From contig JANNQV010000035.1 in the NCBI GenBank assembly GCA_031400935.1, forward strand, positions 1-64,000: DNA of 64,000 bases, written 5' to 3'. The notes under the pieces were generated by a model. The model was not told the DNA's origin, did no database searches, and saw only the letters and a program-made list of their open reading frames with translations. Shown piece after piece: positions 26,669 through 36,203 of the stretch. Origin of the DNA: Armatimonadota bacterium (GTDB taxonomy: Bacteria > Armatimonadota > Fimbriimonadia > Fimbriimonadales > Fimbriimonadaceae). Made by a program: the position numbers and the translations under genes. Position 1 is the stretch's first letter. The number at the start of each line of letters is the position of its first letter.

Positions 26669-27652
26669 ATGAATGAGACAATTGAAGTGATTCGAAACTG
26701 GACTTGGTGGAGCAAACTGCGCGCAGCTTTGCGTGCGGCCCAATTATCTTTCGGAAATCTACTAGATCGGGCCTATCATTGGCTCGAAAAGCGCTCTGAC
26801 CACGAAAAAATAACCGCAGTGGTTGCATCGTTCTTGCTTCTGATTGCAGCGGATCTATTGCTCGGGCTTCATCATGCTTGGAAGCACGTTTACTATCTTC
26901 CCATTTGGTTTGCAGCCTGGTTTTTGCCTCGGAAAGGAGCAATTTCCATTGCGATGCTTGCCTCGGCCTGGATAACTGCATCGCCGATGCTGCGAGGGGA
27001 ATCCTATACTGTTGGTCTAATTTTAGGCTTGTCGGTTGCATTGGTGTTCTTCCATTTTGGCGGTTTATCGCTTTCGTATCTTCGTGAAGTCTTTGATCGA
27101 GAAAGTCATCGCGCTCGTTTTAACAGCTTGACGGGTTGTCTCAACGCTTCGGGACTCTATGAAAAGGCCGAAGCAAAACTCTATGAATTGCACGATGAAT
27201 TTACGCCTTTCGCAGTCGTTTACCTTGATTTGGACAGTTTCAAACAACTGAATGATACTCGGGGGCACCTCCAGGGGGATGAAGCCTTGAAAAAGGTTGG
27301 CCAGGTGCTTCGCGGACAAATTCGTAGTTCCGACTTTGTCGCACGAGTGGGCGGCGACGAATTTGTAATTTGGCTAAATCACATCGGCCCCGATCTTGCT
27401 TTTCTTGTGACTCGGCGAATCCATGAAGCCGTTGAGCGAGCCTCAAAAGAGGGAAATTGGGGATTCTCAGCGAGTGTTGGGTGTGTTGCATTTTCAGAAG
27501 TCCCGGAATCTGTTCATGCGGCCCTTCACGTTGCAGACGAATGTATGTATCGTGCGAAGAGCACTGGCAAATCCAAGATCGTAAGCGAGATGTGGCCTCC
27601 GAATGCCGGGACTTCAAAGGCTTTTTCTGAAGGTTCAATTTCAATTCGCTAG
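26669..27652 (+). CDS. Membrane-bound diguanylate cyclase
   Basis: TM helices; DLDSFKQLND...GH..GD; I-site RSSD; intact GGDEF. Confidence 0.93.
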   Translation: MNETIEVIRNWTWWSKLRAALRAAQLSFGNLLDRAYHWLEKRSDHEKITAVVASFLLLIAADLLLGLHHAWKHVYYLPIWFAAWFLPRKGAISIAMLASAWITASPMLRGESYTVGLILGLSVALVFFHFGGLSLSYLREVFDRESHRARFNSLTGCLNASGLYEKAEAKLYELHDEFTPFAVVYLDLDSFKQLNDTRGHLQGDEALKKVGQVLRGQIRSSDFVARVGGDEFVIWLNHIGPDLAFLVTRRIHEAVERASKEGNWGFSASVGCVAFSEVPESVHAALHVADECMYRAKSTGKSKIVSEMWPPNAGTSKAFSEGSISIR

Positions 27653-28044
27653 TCCTGCGGCAGGTAAGCAAATAGATCAACAGCAAGTCCATCAGGATCG
27701 AGGACAATCGCATATCTTTGCCCCCAAAATGCGTCCCAAGGCTCCTTGTGGCCTTCGTAGCCTGCCCCAGTGAGTTTTGCAAAAAGAGAATTGACTACCT
27801 CTGGCGAATCGCACAAAAACGCAACCCCGACGCGCTGGCCTACGGGCTGAACCCAGTCAGGATCAATGCCCTTGATCATCTCAACCTGATTCCAACTAAT
27901 GCGTAGCCCGTTTGGCAGAGTTGCCTCTGCATAAGGACTTTCAGGCTCCGGATCGGGAATCTCGATTCCCAAAAGCCGATAGAAACGAATTGAATCTTCA
28001 ATGTTGGCAACCACCAACCCAACCATATCAAGTGTAACGCTCAT
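27649..28044 (-). CDS. VOC/glyoxalase family protein
   Basis: SIRFYRLLG, PWDAFWGQRYAIVLDPDG. Confidence 0.92.
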   Translation of the reverse strand: MSVTLDMVGLVVANIEDSIRFYRLLGIEIPDPEPESPYAEATLPNGLRISWNQVEMIKGIDPDWVQPVGQRVGVAFLCDSPEVVNSLFAKLTGAGYEGHKEPWDAFWGQRYAIVLDPDGLAVDLFAYLPQD

Positions 28045-28138
28045 TTGATCCCCTTATTCTAGACGAATGTCTACGATAATACCAAAGAATTGTCGCAATT
28101 GCAAATCCAAATTGGAACCTAACCGTATAATCGTTGGA

Positions 28139-28654
28139 ATGACAAAAATTCGCATAACCCTCTTCATGATCACGGCCTGTTTCGCGACTTCTGCTTTTGG
28201 CAATACTGAAGCTAACTTTCGTAAGTCAGTCGCTGGAATATGCGCAGGGTTTACCAAAGCCTTCGGTTCAAGGAACGCAATTTGGTTTGACCAGAATTCG
28301 ACAAGCAACTTGATTTACGTGGACATGAGACGCAAGAAGCAAGATCGTAAGCAAGTGCTCGAGGGAATGAAAAATCTGTTTGGCAATGCGAAAAGCGTGA
28401 AGGCAAAGGTGACCTGCGGCGCAGTTCGATTTTTAAACGGGATCGGGAGCCACGTCAATACCGTCGTCACGACAATAGTGGTTGCCGATCCAAGAGGCAA
28501 ACTTCATACAATGGTCGCTACAGCAACGACCGAAGACGCTTTCAAATGGGATGGCGGTAAGTGGAAATACTTCAGAATTACCGAAGTGAAACTTCCCAAA
28601 TGGTTGCTAGATGGGAAGCCGTTCGATCCCAATATGCCGCCGCCCCAAAGGTAG
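28139..28654 (+). CDS. Exported NTF2-like (DUF4440-type) protein
   Basis: Signal peptide; TEDAFKWDGGKWK; TATAAT 7 nt before ATG. Confidence 0.7.
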   Translation: MTKIRITLFMITACFATSAFGNTEANFRKSVAGICAGFTKAFGSRNAIWFDQNSTSNLIYVDMRRKKQDRKQVLEGMKNLFGNAKSVKAKVTCGAVRFLNGIGSHVNTVVTTIVVADPRGKLHTMVATATTEDAFKWDGGKWKYFRITEVKLPKWLLDGKPFDPNMPPPQR

Positions 28655-28743
28655 AACTCGAAACGGGAAAATCGATAGAGGACAAAAAGTCAAAGAAACC
28701 TTATTCCCTTTTCCCTCTTCCCAAATCCTCTCATAATAATGTC

Positions 28744-30831
28744 ATGCCAACAAGGCAACGAATCGTATATCCGGTCGCCACGCTCACCGTTGCAGCGATT
28801 GTCGGCATCGGTTTCTTGACCCGTGCCGCGAGGCCGTTCCTTCCACCTGAAAAGGCAAACGCTTTGGCAACCGAATCTGCGGCTTATCTGATTCAAGGCA
28901 GCAGACAACAGGTTCAATGGCATCCGTTCGGATTAGAGGCCTTTCAACTCGCTCGCAGCAGCAATAAACCTATTCTTTTGATGATGGGAACGGAATGGAG
29001 CGCATTGGGAAGGCAGTGCGACCGGGATGCGCTTTCCGATCCTGATGTCGAGGCATTCTTGGCCAGATACATGGTTTGCATTCGATTAGATTTAGATGAA
29101 CGGCCGCAATGGCGAAGCCAATTCTTGCCGTATTCCAAAACTCAGCAAATACACGACCCCGGATTTCAAATTGTTTTTCTTGATCCTGAAGGCAGACCCT
29201 ACTTTGATGGAGGGACAATTGGTTACGGTCCGCAAATGAACTCGATAGAGGTCACTACGCTGCTCCAAACGGCTCTTCGAAATTGGGAACAATCAGGCAA
29301 GCCAGGATCAGGTCAGCTCGCCGTTGGCATTCGCCAAGCGGAAATGGCGCAGTCGTTGCTTCAGCCCTCCTTGAATGCCAGCCCGCGATTTGATATTCAG
29401 TTTGCGGTCTGCGCCCGGATGATAGATCCCAAAGGAGGCGGGTTTCGTTCACGCGGGTTTATGATGCCAAACCCAAACGCATTGCGATTTCTCTTGTATG
29501 TAAATGCTTTCGACCAGTTTCGAGCGGCTGTCGAGCCACTCGTTCGCGGAAATTTGGTGGATTGGATGGACGGCGGTTTCTTTTATCAATCGGAAATGGG
29601 TGGTCGAAGAGCAACCCGATTTGACAAGGTCGCTGTTCTTAATGCGGAAATGATGGAAGTTCTTGCCGAAGCTGGAGTCATTTTGAATGAGCCGTTGTAT
29701 CTGGATATTGCCCGAAGGACATTTGACTTTTTGACGGGTGATATTTCAAACGCCAGCTTGCCGTCCTCAGCTCGAATAGGCGACGAAGAGCTCAATGGAA
29801 GGAGTTCTCGTTCGAGCATTCCGGTTCGAAAGCTAAGAGAAACACTCGAAAACGACAATGATCGAACATTCGCAAGGGACTACATGGGATTGCGGGTTGA
29901 AACCAACCCGATGATGACTGTAACTTTGCCTCGCGACGATGCCATTTTCAAGTATTCGAGCCGATTCGAAACAATACTGGAGATTTTGCGAAAGGCACAG
30001 CCGCGCCAACTCAGTGTTTCGACTCGAAAGTTCTGCGACGTTTCATGCAATGTCTTAGCTAGGCTGCAGCGAACAGCAATCGTTCTCAATGATTCAGAAC
30101 GGCTAAAGAGAGCCGATTTAATGTGGCAAGCCATCCAGGCCTTTCGATTTAGCGACGATGTGACCCACATGCTCAGCCAATCGAAGCTGATAGATTCATA
30201 TCTCGGCGATTACCTCGCCATGGCGGATGCATGTTTGAACCGGTTCCTAGCGACTGGTGATTCCGACGCATTTGAAAAGGGTTTGCTCACTCTGACTCGC
30301 GCTGAATTCTTGTTCGCCAGCGACATTCCCGGAGTTTGGGTGCCAGGACATTTCTCACCGGAGACTTCTGGTATTCAAGCGGCAGAACTGCCCGAAGTTT
30401 TAGATACGGTTCAGCAAAGCTTAACGGCTCAGACCATTCGATTATGCCTTTCTTACGGGCGCCTGCTGAGTGATTCTTCGCCAAGTGCAGACAACTCCCT
30501 CGCCCGAAAGTGGTCTCAAACTGCCGATACAATGGTGCGCCATTTTGCTGATGAATCTGACAAATTGGCGTTTTCAGGATCAGGATATTTCAATTCAGCA
30601 CTCGATTGGGAAAGAAGAATTCACGCGATAACCGTAGGTCCCAAAGCTGTCGAATTGGCAGCTTCTTTATCATGGAAAGCGCCCTTCCTATTGGTGGCTC
30701 CTGCCAAAGGCCGCATTCGTCCTTCATTACAAAACGCCACGCCCGGAATCTATATTGTTCAGGTAGCAATGGTTGAAGGGCCATACACCGAGGATGAAGC
30801 TATTGCCGTTCTCAATGGATTATTGCGGTAG
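28744..30831 (+). CDS. YyaL/SPATA20-like (DUF255 thioredoxin + six-hairpin) protein, divergent
   Basis: NALATESAAYL...QVQWHPFGLEAF..AR..NKPILL, DWMDGGFF, RFDKV, YLGDY. Confidence 0.85.
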   Translation: MPTRQRIVYPVATLTVAAIVGIGFLTRAARPFLPPEKANALATESAAYLIQGSRQQVQWHPFGLEAFQLARSSNKPILLMMGTEWSALGRQCDRDALSDPDVEAFLARYMVCIRLDLDERPQWRSQFLPYSKTQQIHDPGFQIVFLDPEGRPYFDGGTIGYGPQMNSIEVTTLLQTALRNWEQSGKPGSGQLAVGIRQAEMAQSLLQPSLNASPRFDIQFAVCARMIDPKGGGFRSRGFMMPNPNALRFLLYVNAFDQFRAAVEPLVRGNLVDWMDGGFFYQSEMGGRRATRFDKVAVLNAEMMEVLAEAGVILNEPLYLDIARRTFDFLTGDISNASLPSSARIGDEELNGRSSRSSIPVRKLRETLENDNDRTFARDYMGLRVETNPMMTVTLPRDDAIFKYSSRFETILEILRKAQPRQLSVSTRKFCDVSCNVLARLQRTAIVLNDSERLKRADLMWQAIQAFRFSDDVTHMLSQSKLIDSYLGDYLAMADACLNRFLATGDSDAFEKGLLTLTRAEFLFASDIPGVWVPGHFSPETSGIQAAELPEVLDTVQQSLTAQTIRLCLSYGRLLSDSSPSADNSLARKWSQTADTMVRHFADESDKLAFSGSGYFNSALDWERRIHAITVGPKAVELAASLSWKAPFLLVAPAKGRIRPSLQNATPGIYIVQVAMVEGPYTEDEAIAVLNGLLR

Positions 30832-30857
30832 AGCAGTGCCACAGAGAATAGGGCTTC

Positions 30858-30991
30858 TGCTGAGACCTGAGTGCCGAGAGTGTGGAGTGCAAAGTGCTGA
30901 GTGCCAACAACCAACAACAAACAACTAACAACCAATCGCAGATTCCGCCGAAGGGAAATCGAAGATCGGGACAACCAACAACCAACAACTA
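30858..30991. repeat. Mosaic heptamer array (GTGCTGA, CAACCAA) with an embedded ~50-bp module
   Basis: Module also present at 50388-50444. Confidence 0.8.
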
Positions 30992-31015
30992 GCACGGAAT
31001 GTCATAATCTCCGGC

Positions 31016-31103
<88 letters not shown>

Positions 31104-31246
31104 CGTTTTTTCTTTGAATTCTCCTATTCAAGAATCGCAACAAGACTGATGATTGTTGCTAGATCAAAAAATGTACGACCAAAACAAATTTTGCTGTGCA
31201 TTCGTGTGCGCCGATTTGCGACAACCCCCAAAACTCTCGCCCCAAC

Positions 31247-31888
31247 TTAAAGCTTCTTTCGACCACGAAGCATGACGACGACTCCAATACCGAAGCCAAA
31301 CATCGTGATCGGTTCAGGAACGATATTGATTCTCGCTTCCGAATAAGCGCCTTGCTCAAATGTCAGGTCCCATTGGCCGATCTGGAAATTGCCCTTGTAA
31401 AAATTGGTTGTTGTACCATTTAAGTTGCCCCATAGCTTGACTGAAGTCGGTGGAGCAGCAGCAGCAACGGTGAAACTGAACGTGGTTATTTTTAATTTGT
31501 TGATGGGATCACGCATGATCCCGGCAGGCGCAACTGGATAATTTGGAGGAAGCATCCCGATCAATTCACGGCGGGCATCCCCATCTTGAAGATTTACATT
31601 GGCAGGTGCTCCAGGAGCCCAATAGGAATTGATCCAAGGAGCGGGTTGTCCTAGTACAACTGGCGTGGAGTTCGTCAAAACCGCAGGATCCCACGAAATC
31701 GCTAAATATGCATCGCTAAGTGCCAGAATTCCCGGTCCACTAGAGTTCGCAAAAACGTCAATTGTGACAAGTTGCCCGACGACTGCGTTCTGGACAACGG
31801 GTTCCCACCAAAGGTTAAGTGTCGCTGCCTGACTCGTCGCACTTCCGATCGCGATCATAGCAACAATGAAAATTGGTGAAGTCTTCAT
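31247..31888 (-). CDS. PEP-CTERM protein with a cohesin-like domain
   Basis: Signal; VVGQLVTIDV...LAISWDPAVL...KITTFSFT; IVPEPITMFGFGIGVVVMLRGRKK. Confidence 0.8.
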   Translation of the reverse strand: MKTSPIFIVAMIAIGSATSQAATLNLWWEPVVQNAVVGQLVTIDVFANSSGPGILALSDAYLAISWDPAVLTNSTPVVLGQPAPWINSYWAPGAPANVNLQDGDARRELIGMLPPNYPVAPAGIMRDPINKLKITTFSFTVAAAAPPTSVKLWGNLNGTTTNFYKGNFQIGQWDLTFEQGAYSEARINIVPEPITMFGFGIGVVVMLRGRKKL

Positions 31889-31934
31889 GATATTAAGGTC
31901 CTTTACAAGTTAAATAAAACAAATCAAATTTCTT

Positions 31935-31969
31935 AAGAAAAAGAGCCCAGCCTGAACCAGGCTCTTTTC
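31935..31969 (-). terminator. Intrinsic terminator
   Basis: Minus strand AGAGCCTGGTT-CAG-GCTGGGCTCT followed by a T-run, just after the large surface-protein gene. Confidence 0.75.
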
Positions 31970-31984
31970 GATCGTTAGTCTAGA

Positions 31985-34900
31985 TTATCGAACCCAACGT
32001 AGGACCTCGATTCTAGTGAGCCAGTCATCCCTGTTGCTGTCCATAGATTGAAGCAGCCTTAAGCTAAGGCCCGTTTCTTTCTGAACTGCACTGATGCGCT
32101 GCATTCCATCCCTTCTTTGGCCGCCGCCTCCATCCCGGAAGTTGCCAACCAAGTTTACATCTCCAGCTAAGAGCCAAGCGGCAATGATGAGGTTTCGATC
32201 GCCCAGGTCCACATTTCCCACGCCATCAACGTTGGCTTGACGAGGTGTCGGTGGTTGGACAAGTGTAGTGTTTGGATTCATGACAAGGCCGTTGTTAGCA
32301 GCCCATACAGCGATATCCGAAACGTTCACGACGTTGTTATTGGTGAGATCACCCATCGTTAATGTTGCTGACCCTGTGAAGCTCCCAAAGGAACCTGCCA
32401 GAGCCGCTTGCTTGCCAAGCGAGAAGAACGGATCTTTCGCCCAGAACAAAGTAAGCGCAGCCGTTGATGGCACTGAGTAGTCGACAAGCGCATTGTCTGC
32501 AAGGTCGAGATCTTGATAAGTAATCAAGACTGTTCCTTGGCGACTGTTGGGGCCTGGTGCGTTCGTGAACACGTTGAACGCGACGAGTTTCCTAACCATG
32601 ATTGGTGCTGTCGGGCCGCCCGTGCTGCCCACCATGATATCCACAACGCGGTTCACATTCGCGTCCACACCCTTTTCGATGAGGGTCAATGTGACGTTTA
32701 CGGTGCTGACAGTAATTGCCAGAACTTGGTTCGTCGTATTCCCAGCCCGATCCGTAACACTCAAGCTAATAGTTGCGGGTCCACTCGGAGTTGAGAGCGT
32801 GATTGGAATCGAAGTTCGGAAAGTGTTTCCAATAATCGAAACCGTGCTCAACGGCGTGGTTGTAGCGTTGGACCAGGTCACCTGTCCTGCGGGTCTTCCG
32901 TCAAGTCCAGATTGCTGCGCACCTAGGTCGGTTGCGTCAATTGTGATATTGAGGGTTCCTACGATTACATTTGGAGGCGAATACGCTGTTCCACCCAATG
33001 TTATCGGCGAAAGTGTCGGCGCCGTGTTGTCAATGACAACGATGTTGGAGCCGAAAGCATTTGAAAGGAAGTCGCTGTAGAGCGGTGGACCGCCAGCGAA
33101 CAAGTTGTTCTCGGTACCTGCGTTAGGGCGATACCCCATGCCAGTCGCGACTTCAGCGCCACCTGGCGTGTAGAGGAAATCAACGAACGATACGTTTGCC
33201 TGGTTGGGCGAAACACCCGCCGCTGAGGCATTGAGAAGTGTAGTTATGACGGGTGGGAAGAAGGTCGTATAAGGACCCACATAGGTTCCAGAAGCGAAAG
33301 TCTGACCTCCGCCTGCAAGCATAAATGCTTGGTATCCCGTGATGAGTTGAAGCAAGTTGGCTTGTCCTGCGCGATACGCAATGTTCGGATCAACGGATCG
33401 AACATACGGATCGTCAGTAAACAAGTACATGGCATTCGGAACTGCATTGGTCGAGAAGTTTGAAACGGTAGCATTTGCCGCCGCAGAAACATGCTCGTGC
33501 GTTTCAAAACCGGCCACAAAGCCGATGCTAGTATAGGTTATGAGCCACGGAGAGTTTGTATCAAGGTTAAGACCGTTGGTTGAGCCCAATGGCGAAACGA
33601 CATACGCATCTGGACCATCTAGAGGCATAACCGTAGCCGTTAAAAGCCCTGCTGATACCGACGCATTGACTCGAACCCGAGTCGTCCCGGCAGGGAATGT
33701 TGCAGGAGTTCCATTTGTTTCAAGAACACCCAAAGAACCTGACGAGAGCTTAGTGCTCGAAATGCGAGCCTTAAAGAATCCGGCGAGGTCTGTCACGAAC
33801 TGCACACCGAACGAATTGAACGAGTTCATCATTCCTACGGCAAACGTATCGCCAGTAGCAAATGGAGGGAAATTCGGAGGAGATCCTCCCCATTCAAACG
33901 GTTTCCATGTGCCAGAAAGGTCAATATCAGCCTCAAAAGTCGTTCCGTCGCCATCGTTAGCTGTTGCCAAGGCGAGGAAGTTTGGAAGTTTGGTTGTGTC
34001 GTTGTATGGTGTAAACGATCCGTTTACTGCATTGTCTGCAACAGCGTTGACGCCATTTCTTTCAAATACGTTGCCAAAACCAAAGGGGAAAGTTGCTGCC
34101 ACAGCGATGCCTGATTGGCTTGGGCCAAGGGGACCGCTGCTCGGAGAGCGATACGACCCATTGAGGTCAACAGGAAAACCCTGAAGCGGGAATGGGCCAG
34201 CAGTTACGTCGTCCCAATACACATCGTAGGAATCCTGGAAGGATTGGTTAATAGGGGCAAGAGTCGGATCATTGAAGTTGTACGCCTGCATGATCATCGC
34301 GCCGAACGCAACTGCTTGGTTCGTCTGAAGCACGCTGTACGTAAATTGATCGGAAAACACGAGTTTGCCATCAACCAGAAATTCGTAAACTCCTGGTTTT
34401 AGACGAACTTCAAGCGAATACCAGCGGTTTGTGGTAAGGCCACCGGGAACGCTTGCGCTAACGTCAACCCAACCCCCGTCAAGAGGGGTGTTCGGGTTTT
34501 GGTCGGTATCTTGGGTAAAAACCCTGCAGACAATCGTACTTGCATCAATGTTTGCAATTCCGATGATCGGGTAGCCGACTACCGAGTTCGCACCGTTTAC
34601 CGCGACTCCCCAAATATCGGATCGGCGGCGATTAGTGGACCAATCTGAACCAACATAAAGCTTGCCTTTGATGGAAGTGTAGTAGCCGTTGCCCAAAAGG
34701 TACTGTCGCCCTTGTGTGTTGTAAAAAGTACTGGCGTAAGCTGGTGGTCTTCCGCCGCCCGTAGCGTTGGGCCCAAAGCCATCGTTGGAACTAATTCCAA
34801 TATGGAGCCGATTGTCGCCGAGAAACACTTCTGAATCGAAGTGGTCTGGACGATACCTGTCCCAAAACCATGCGTTCGGAACCGCTGTTTGATCACCAGT

Positions 34901-35008
34901 AATCACCGGATTTACGTCAAACGGATCAGTAAAGTAGTCATATGCTGCGGCTTGACCTGCAACAAGTACGGCTGCTCCCAAAAGCAGCGATTTTAAAACC
35001 CTATCCAT
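31985..35008 (-). CDS. Large exported beta-rich protein with Ig-like, dockerin-like and EF-hand C-terminus
   Basis: GAGGA SD; signal (AAA-Y); DNTAPT...VTDRAGNT; GDLTNNNVVNVSD and ANVDGVGNVDLGD; DSNRDDWLTRIE. Confidence 0.85.
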   Translation of the reverse strand: MDRVLKSLLLGAAVLVAGQAAAYDYFTDPFDVNPVITGDQTAVPNAWFWDRYRPDHFDSEVFLGDNRLHIGISSNDGFGPNATGGGRPPAYASTFYNTQGRQYLLGNGYYTSIKGKLYVGSDWSTNRRRSDIWGVAVNGANSVVGYPIIGIANIDASTIVCRVFTQDTDQNPNTPLDGGWVDVSASVPGGLTTNRWYSLEVRLKPGVYEFLVDGKLVFSDQFTYSVLQTNQAVAFGAMIMQAYNFNDPTLAPINQSFQDSYDVYWDDVTAGPFPLQGFPVDLNGSYRSPSSGPLGPSQSGIAVAATFPFGFGNVFERNGVNAVADNAVNGSFTPYNDTTKLPNFLALATANDGDGTTFEADIDLSGTWKPFEWGGSPPNFPPFATGDTFAVGMMNSFNSFGVQFVTDLAGFFKARISSTKLSSGSLGVLETNGTPATFPAGTTRVRVNASVSAGLLTATVMPLDGPDAYVVSPLGSTNGLNLDTNSPWLITYTSIGFVAGFETHEHVSAAANATVSNFSTNAVPNAMYLFTDDPYVRSVDPNIAYRAGQANLLQLITGYQAFMLAGGGQTFASGTYVGPYTTFFPPVITTLLNASAAGVSPNQANVSFVDFLYTPGGAEVATGMGYRPNAGTENNLFAGGPPLYSDFLSNAFGSNIVVIDNTAPTLSPITLGGTAYSPPNVIVGTLNITIDATDLGAQQSGLDGRPAGQVTWSNATTTPLSTVSIIGNTFRTSIPITLSTPSGPATISLSVTDRAGNTTNQVLAITVSTVNVTLTLIEKGVDANVNRVVDIMVGSTGGPTAPIMVRKLVAFNVFTNAPGPNSRQGTVLITYQDLDLADNALVDYSVPSTAALTLFWAKDPFFSLGKQAALAGSFGSFTGSATLTMGDLTNNNVVNVSDIAVWAANNGLVMNPNTTLVQPPTPRQANVDGVGNVDLGDRNLIIAAWLLAGDVNLVGNFRDGGGGQRRDGMQRISAVQKETGLSLRLLQSMDSNRDDWLTRIEVLRWVR

Positions 35009-35291
35009 ACACACGTCCTCAATCGGTAGCGCGTGGCAATACCGATTCCCTCGTAGAGTAACTAGTGTCGTTACCCCAATTCATCATAGCAGGGCGCTGA
35101 GGCAAGTGTGGCTAGCAAAGTTGCTGTAATTGGCTGTTTAGAAATAGTCTATTAATTCGTCAAGATTCATGAAGCTGTGATTTCCACCAAAACGGAGTTG
35201 AAGCGGTACATTTCGGTACGATTACGAACGAAAGAGACAGCCATATAGCATTACAAATCTCTCTCATCGAAATTCCTTCACAATGATTGCA

Positions 35292-36143
35292 ATGCGTATT
35301 GGAGAATATCAAAGTTTGGAAGTGGTTCGAAATTCGCCTCACGGTTATTTTTTGACCGATGGCGAAAACGACGTACTACTTCCCAATAACCAAACTCCAG
35401 ATGGCATTGAGTTAGGCCAGCGAATCGGTGTTTTTGTATACACCGATTCGGAAGATCGTCCGGTTGCGACCCTTCAGCAGCCTTTTGCAACCGTCGGAGA
35501 GTTTGCGCTGCTGGAAGTTGTTTCGGTTTCTGAATCCGGCGCGTTTCTCGATTGGGGATTGGCGAAAGACCTTTTTTGCCCGTTTTCTGAACAGCAGAGG
35601 GACTTAACAGCCGGGGATCGTATTTTGGTACGAATCTATCTCGACCAAGTATCTGGGCGAGTTGTGAGCACGTCCAAAATCAGCAAGTATCTTCAGCCAA
35701 CGGGGGAGGGCCTGACAGTTGGCGAGCCAATAAAGATTATGGTTGCGTCTTGCAATCGCGATTCGTTGAGCGTGATCATAAACCAACATATTCGCGGCAC
35801 GCTATTTCGAGATGAATGGCACGAGAGACTCAGAGTTGGAGATGTGCGAAACGCATTTGTCAAGGACATTCGCGAAGCTGACATGAAGGTGGCGGTTTCG
35901 CTTCGGCCCCAAGGCTATCTGGCGGTATTAGGAGAAAGCGACCGAATTTTGAAGGCATTGAGGACTTTTGACGGGTTTCTGCCGGTGAACGACAAAACTT
36001 CGCCTGAGGAGATTCAACGAAGGTTTGGACTGAGCAAAAGTGCGTTTAAGAAGCTGATTGGGACACTTTACCGGCAGGGTGTAATTGAAATTGAAAGCCA
36101 TGGGATTCGGCTGAAGACTCCAAAGCAGGAGCGAAGAAGTTAA
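35292..36143 (+). CDS. cvfB: CvfB-family S1-domain RNA-binding protein
   Basis: VFVYTDSEDRPVAT, GAFLDWGLAKDL, DKTSPEEI..RFGLSKSAFKKLIGTLY. Confidence 0.92.
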   Translation: MRIGEYQSLEVVRNSPHGYFLTDGENDVLLPNNQTPDGIELGQRIGVFVYTDSEDRPVATLQQPFATVGEFALLEVVSVSESGAFLDWGLAKDLFCPFSEQQRDLTAGDRILVRIYLDQVSGRVVSTSKISKYLQPTGEGLTVGEPIKIMVASCNRDSLSVIINQHIRGTLFRDEWHERLRVGDVRNAFVKDIREADMKVAVSLRPQGYLAVLGESDRILKALRTFDGFLPVNDKTSPEEIQRRFGLSKSAFKKLIGTLYRQGVIEIESHGIRLKTPKQERRS

Positions 36144-36191
36144 ACGGAATAAATTCCGTGGACCGGGTAGCGGAATGAAATCCGCGCTCCG
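36144..36191. repeat. REP-like doublet
   Basis: ACGGAATAAATTCCGT and GCGGAATGAAATCCGC between convergent genes. Confidence 0.65.
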
Positions 36192-36203
36192 TTTGGCGCT
36201 GTT

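Noticed and set aside
20794..27652. YajQ plus GGDEF as a dedicated c-di-GMP module
   Set aside because: More than 5 kb apart, with unrelated genes between them and no operon link.
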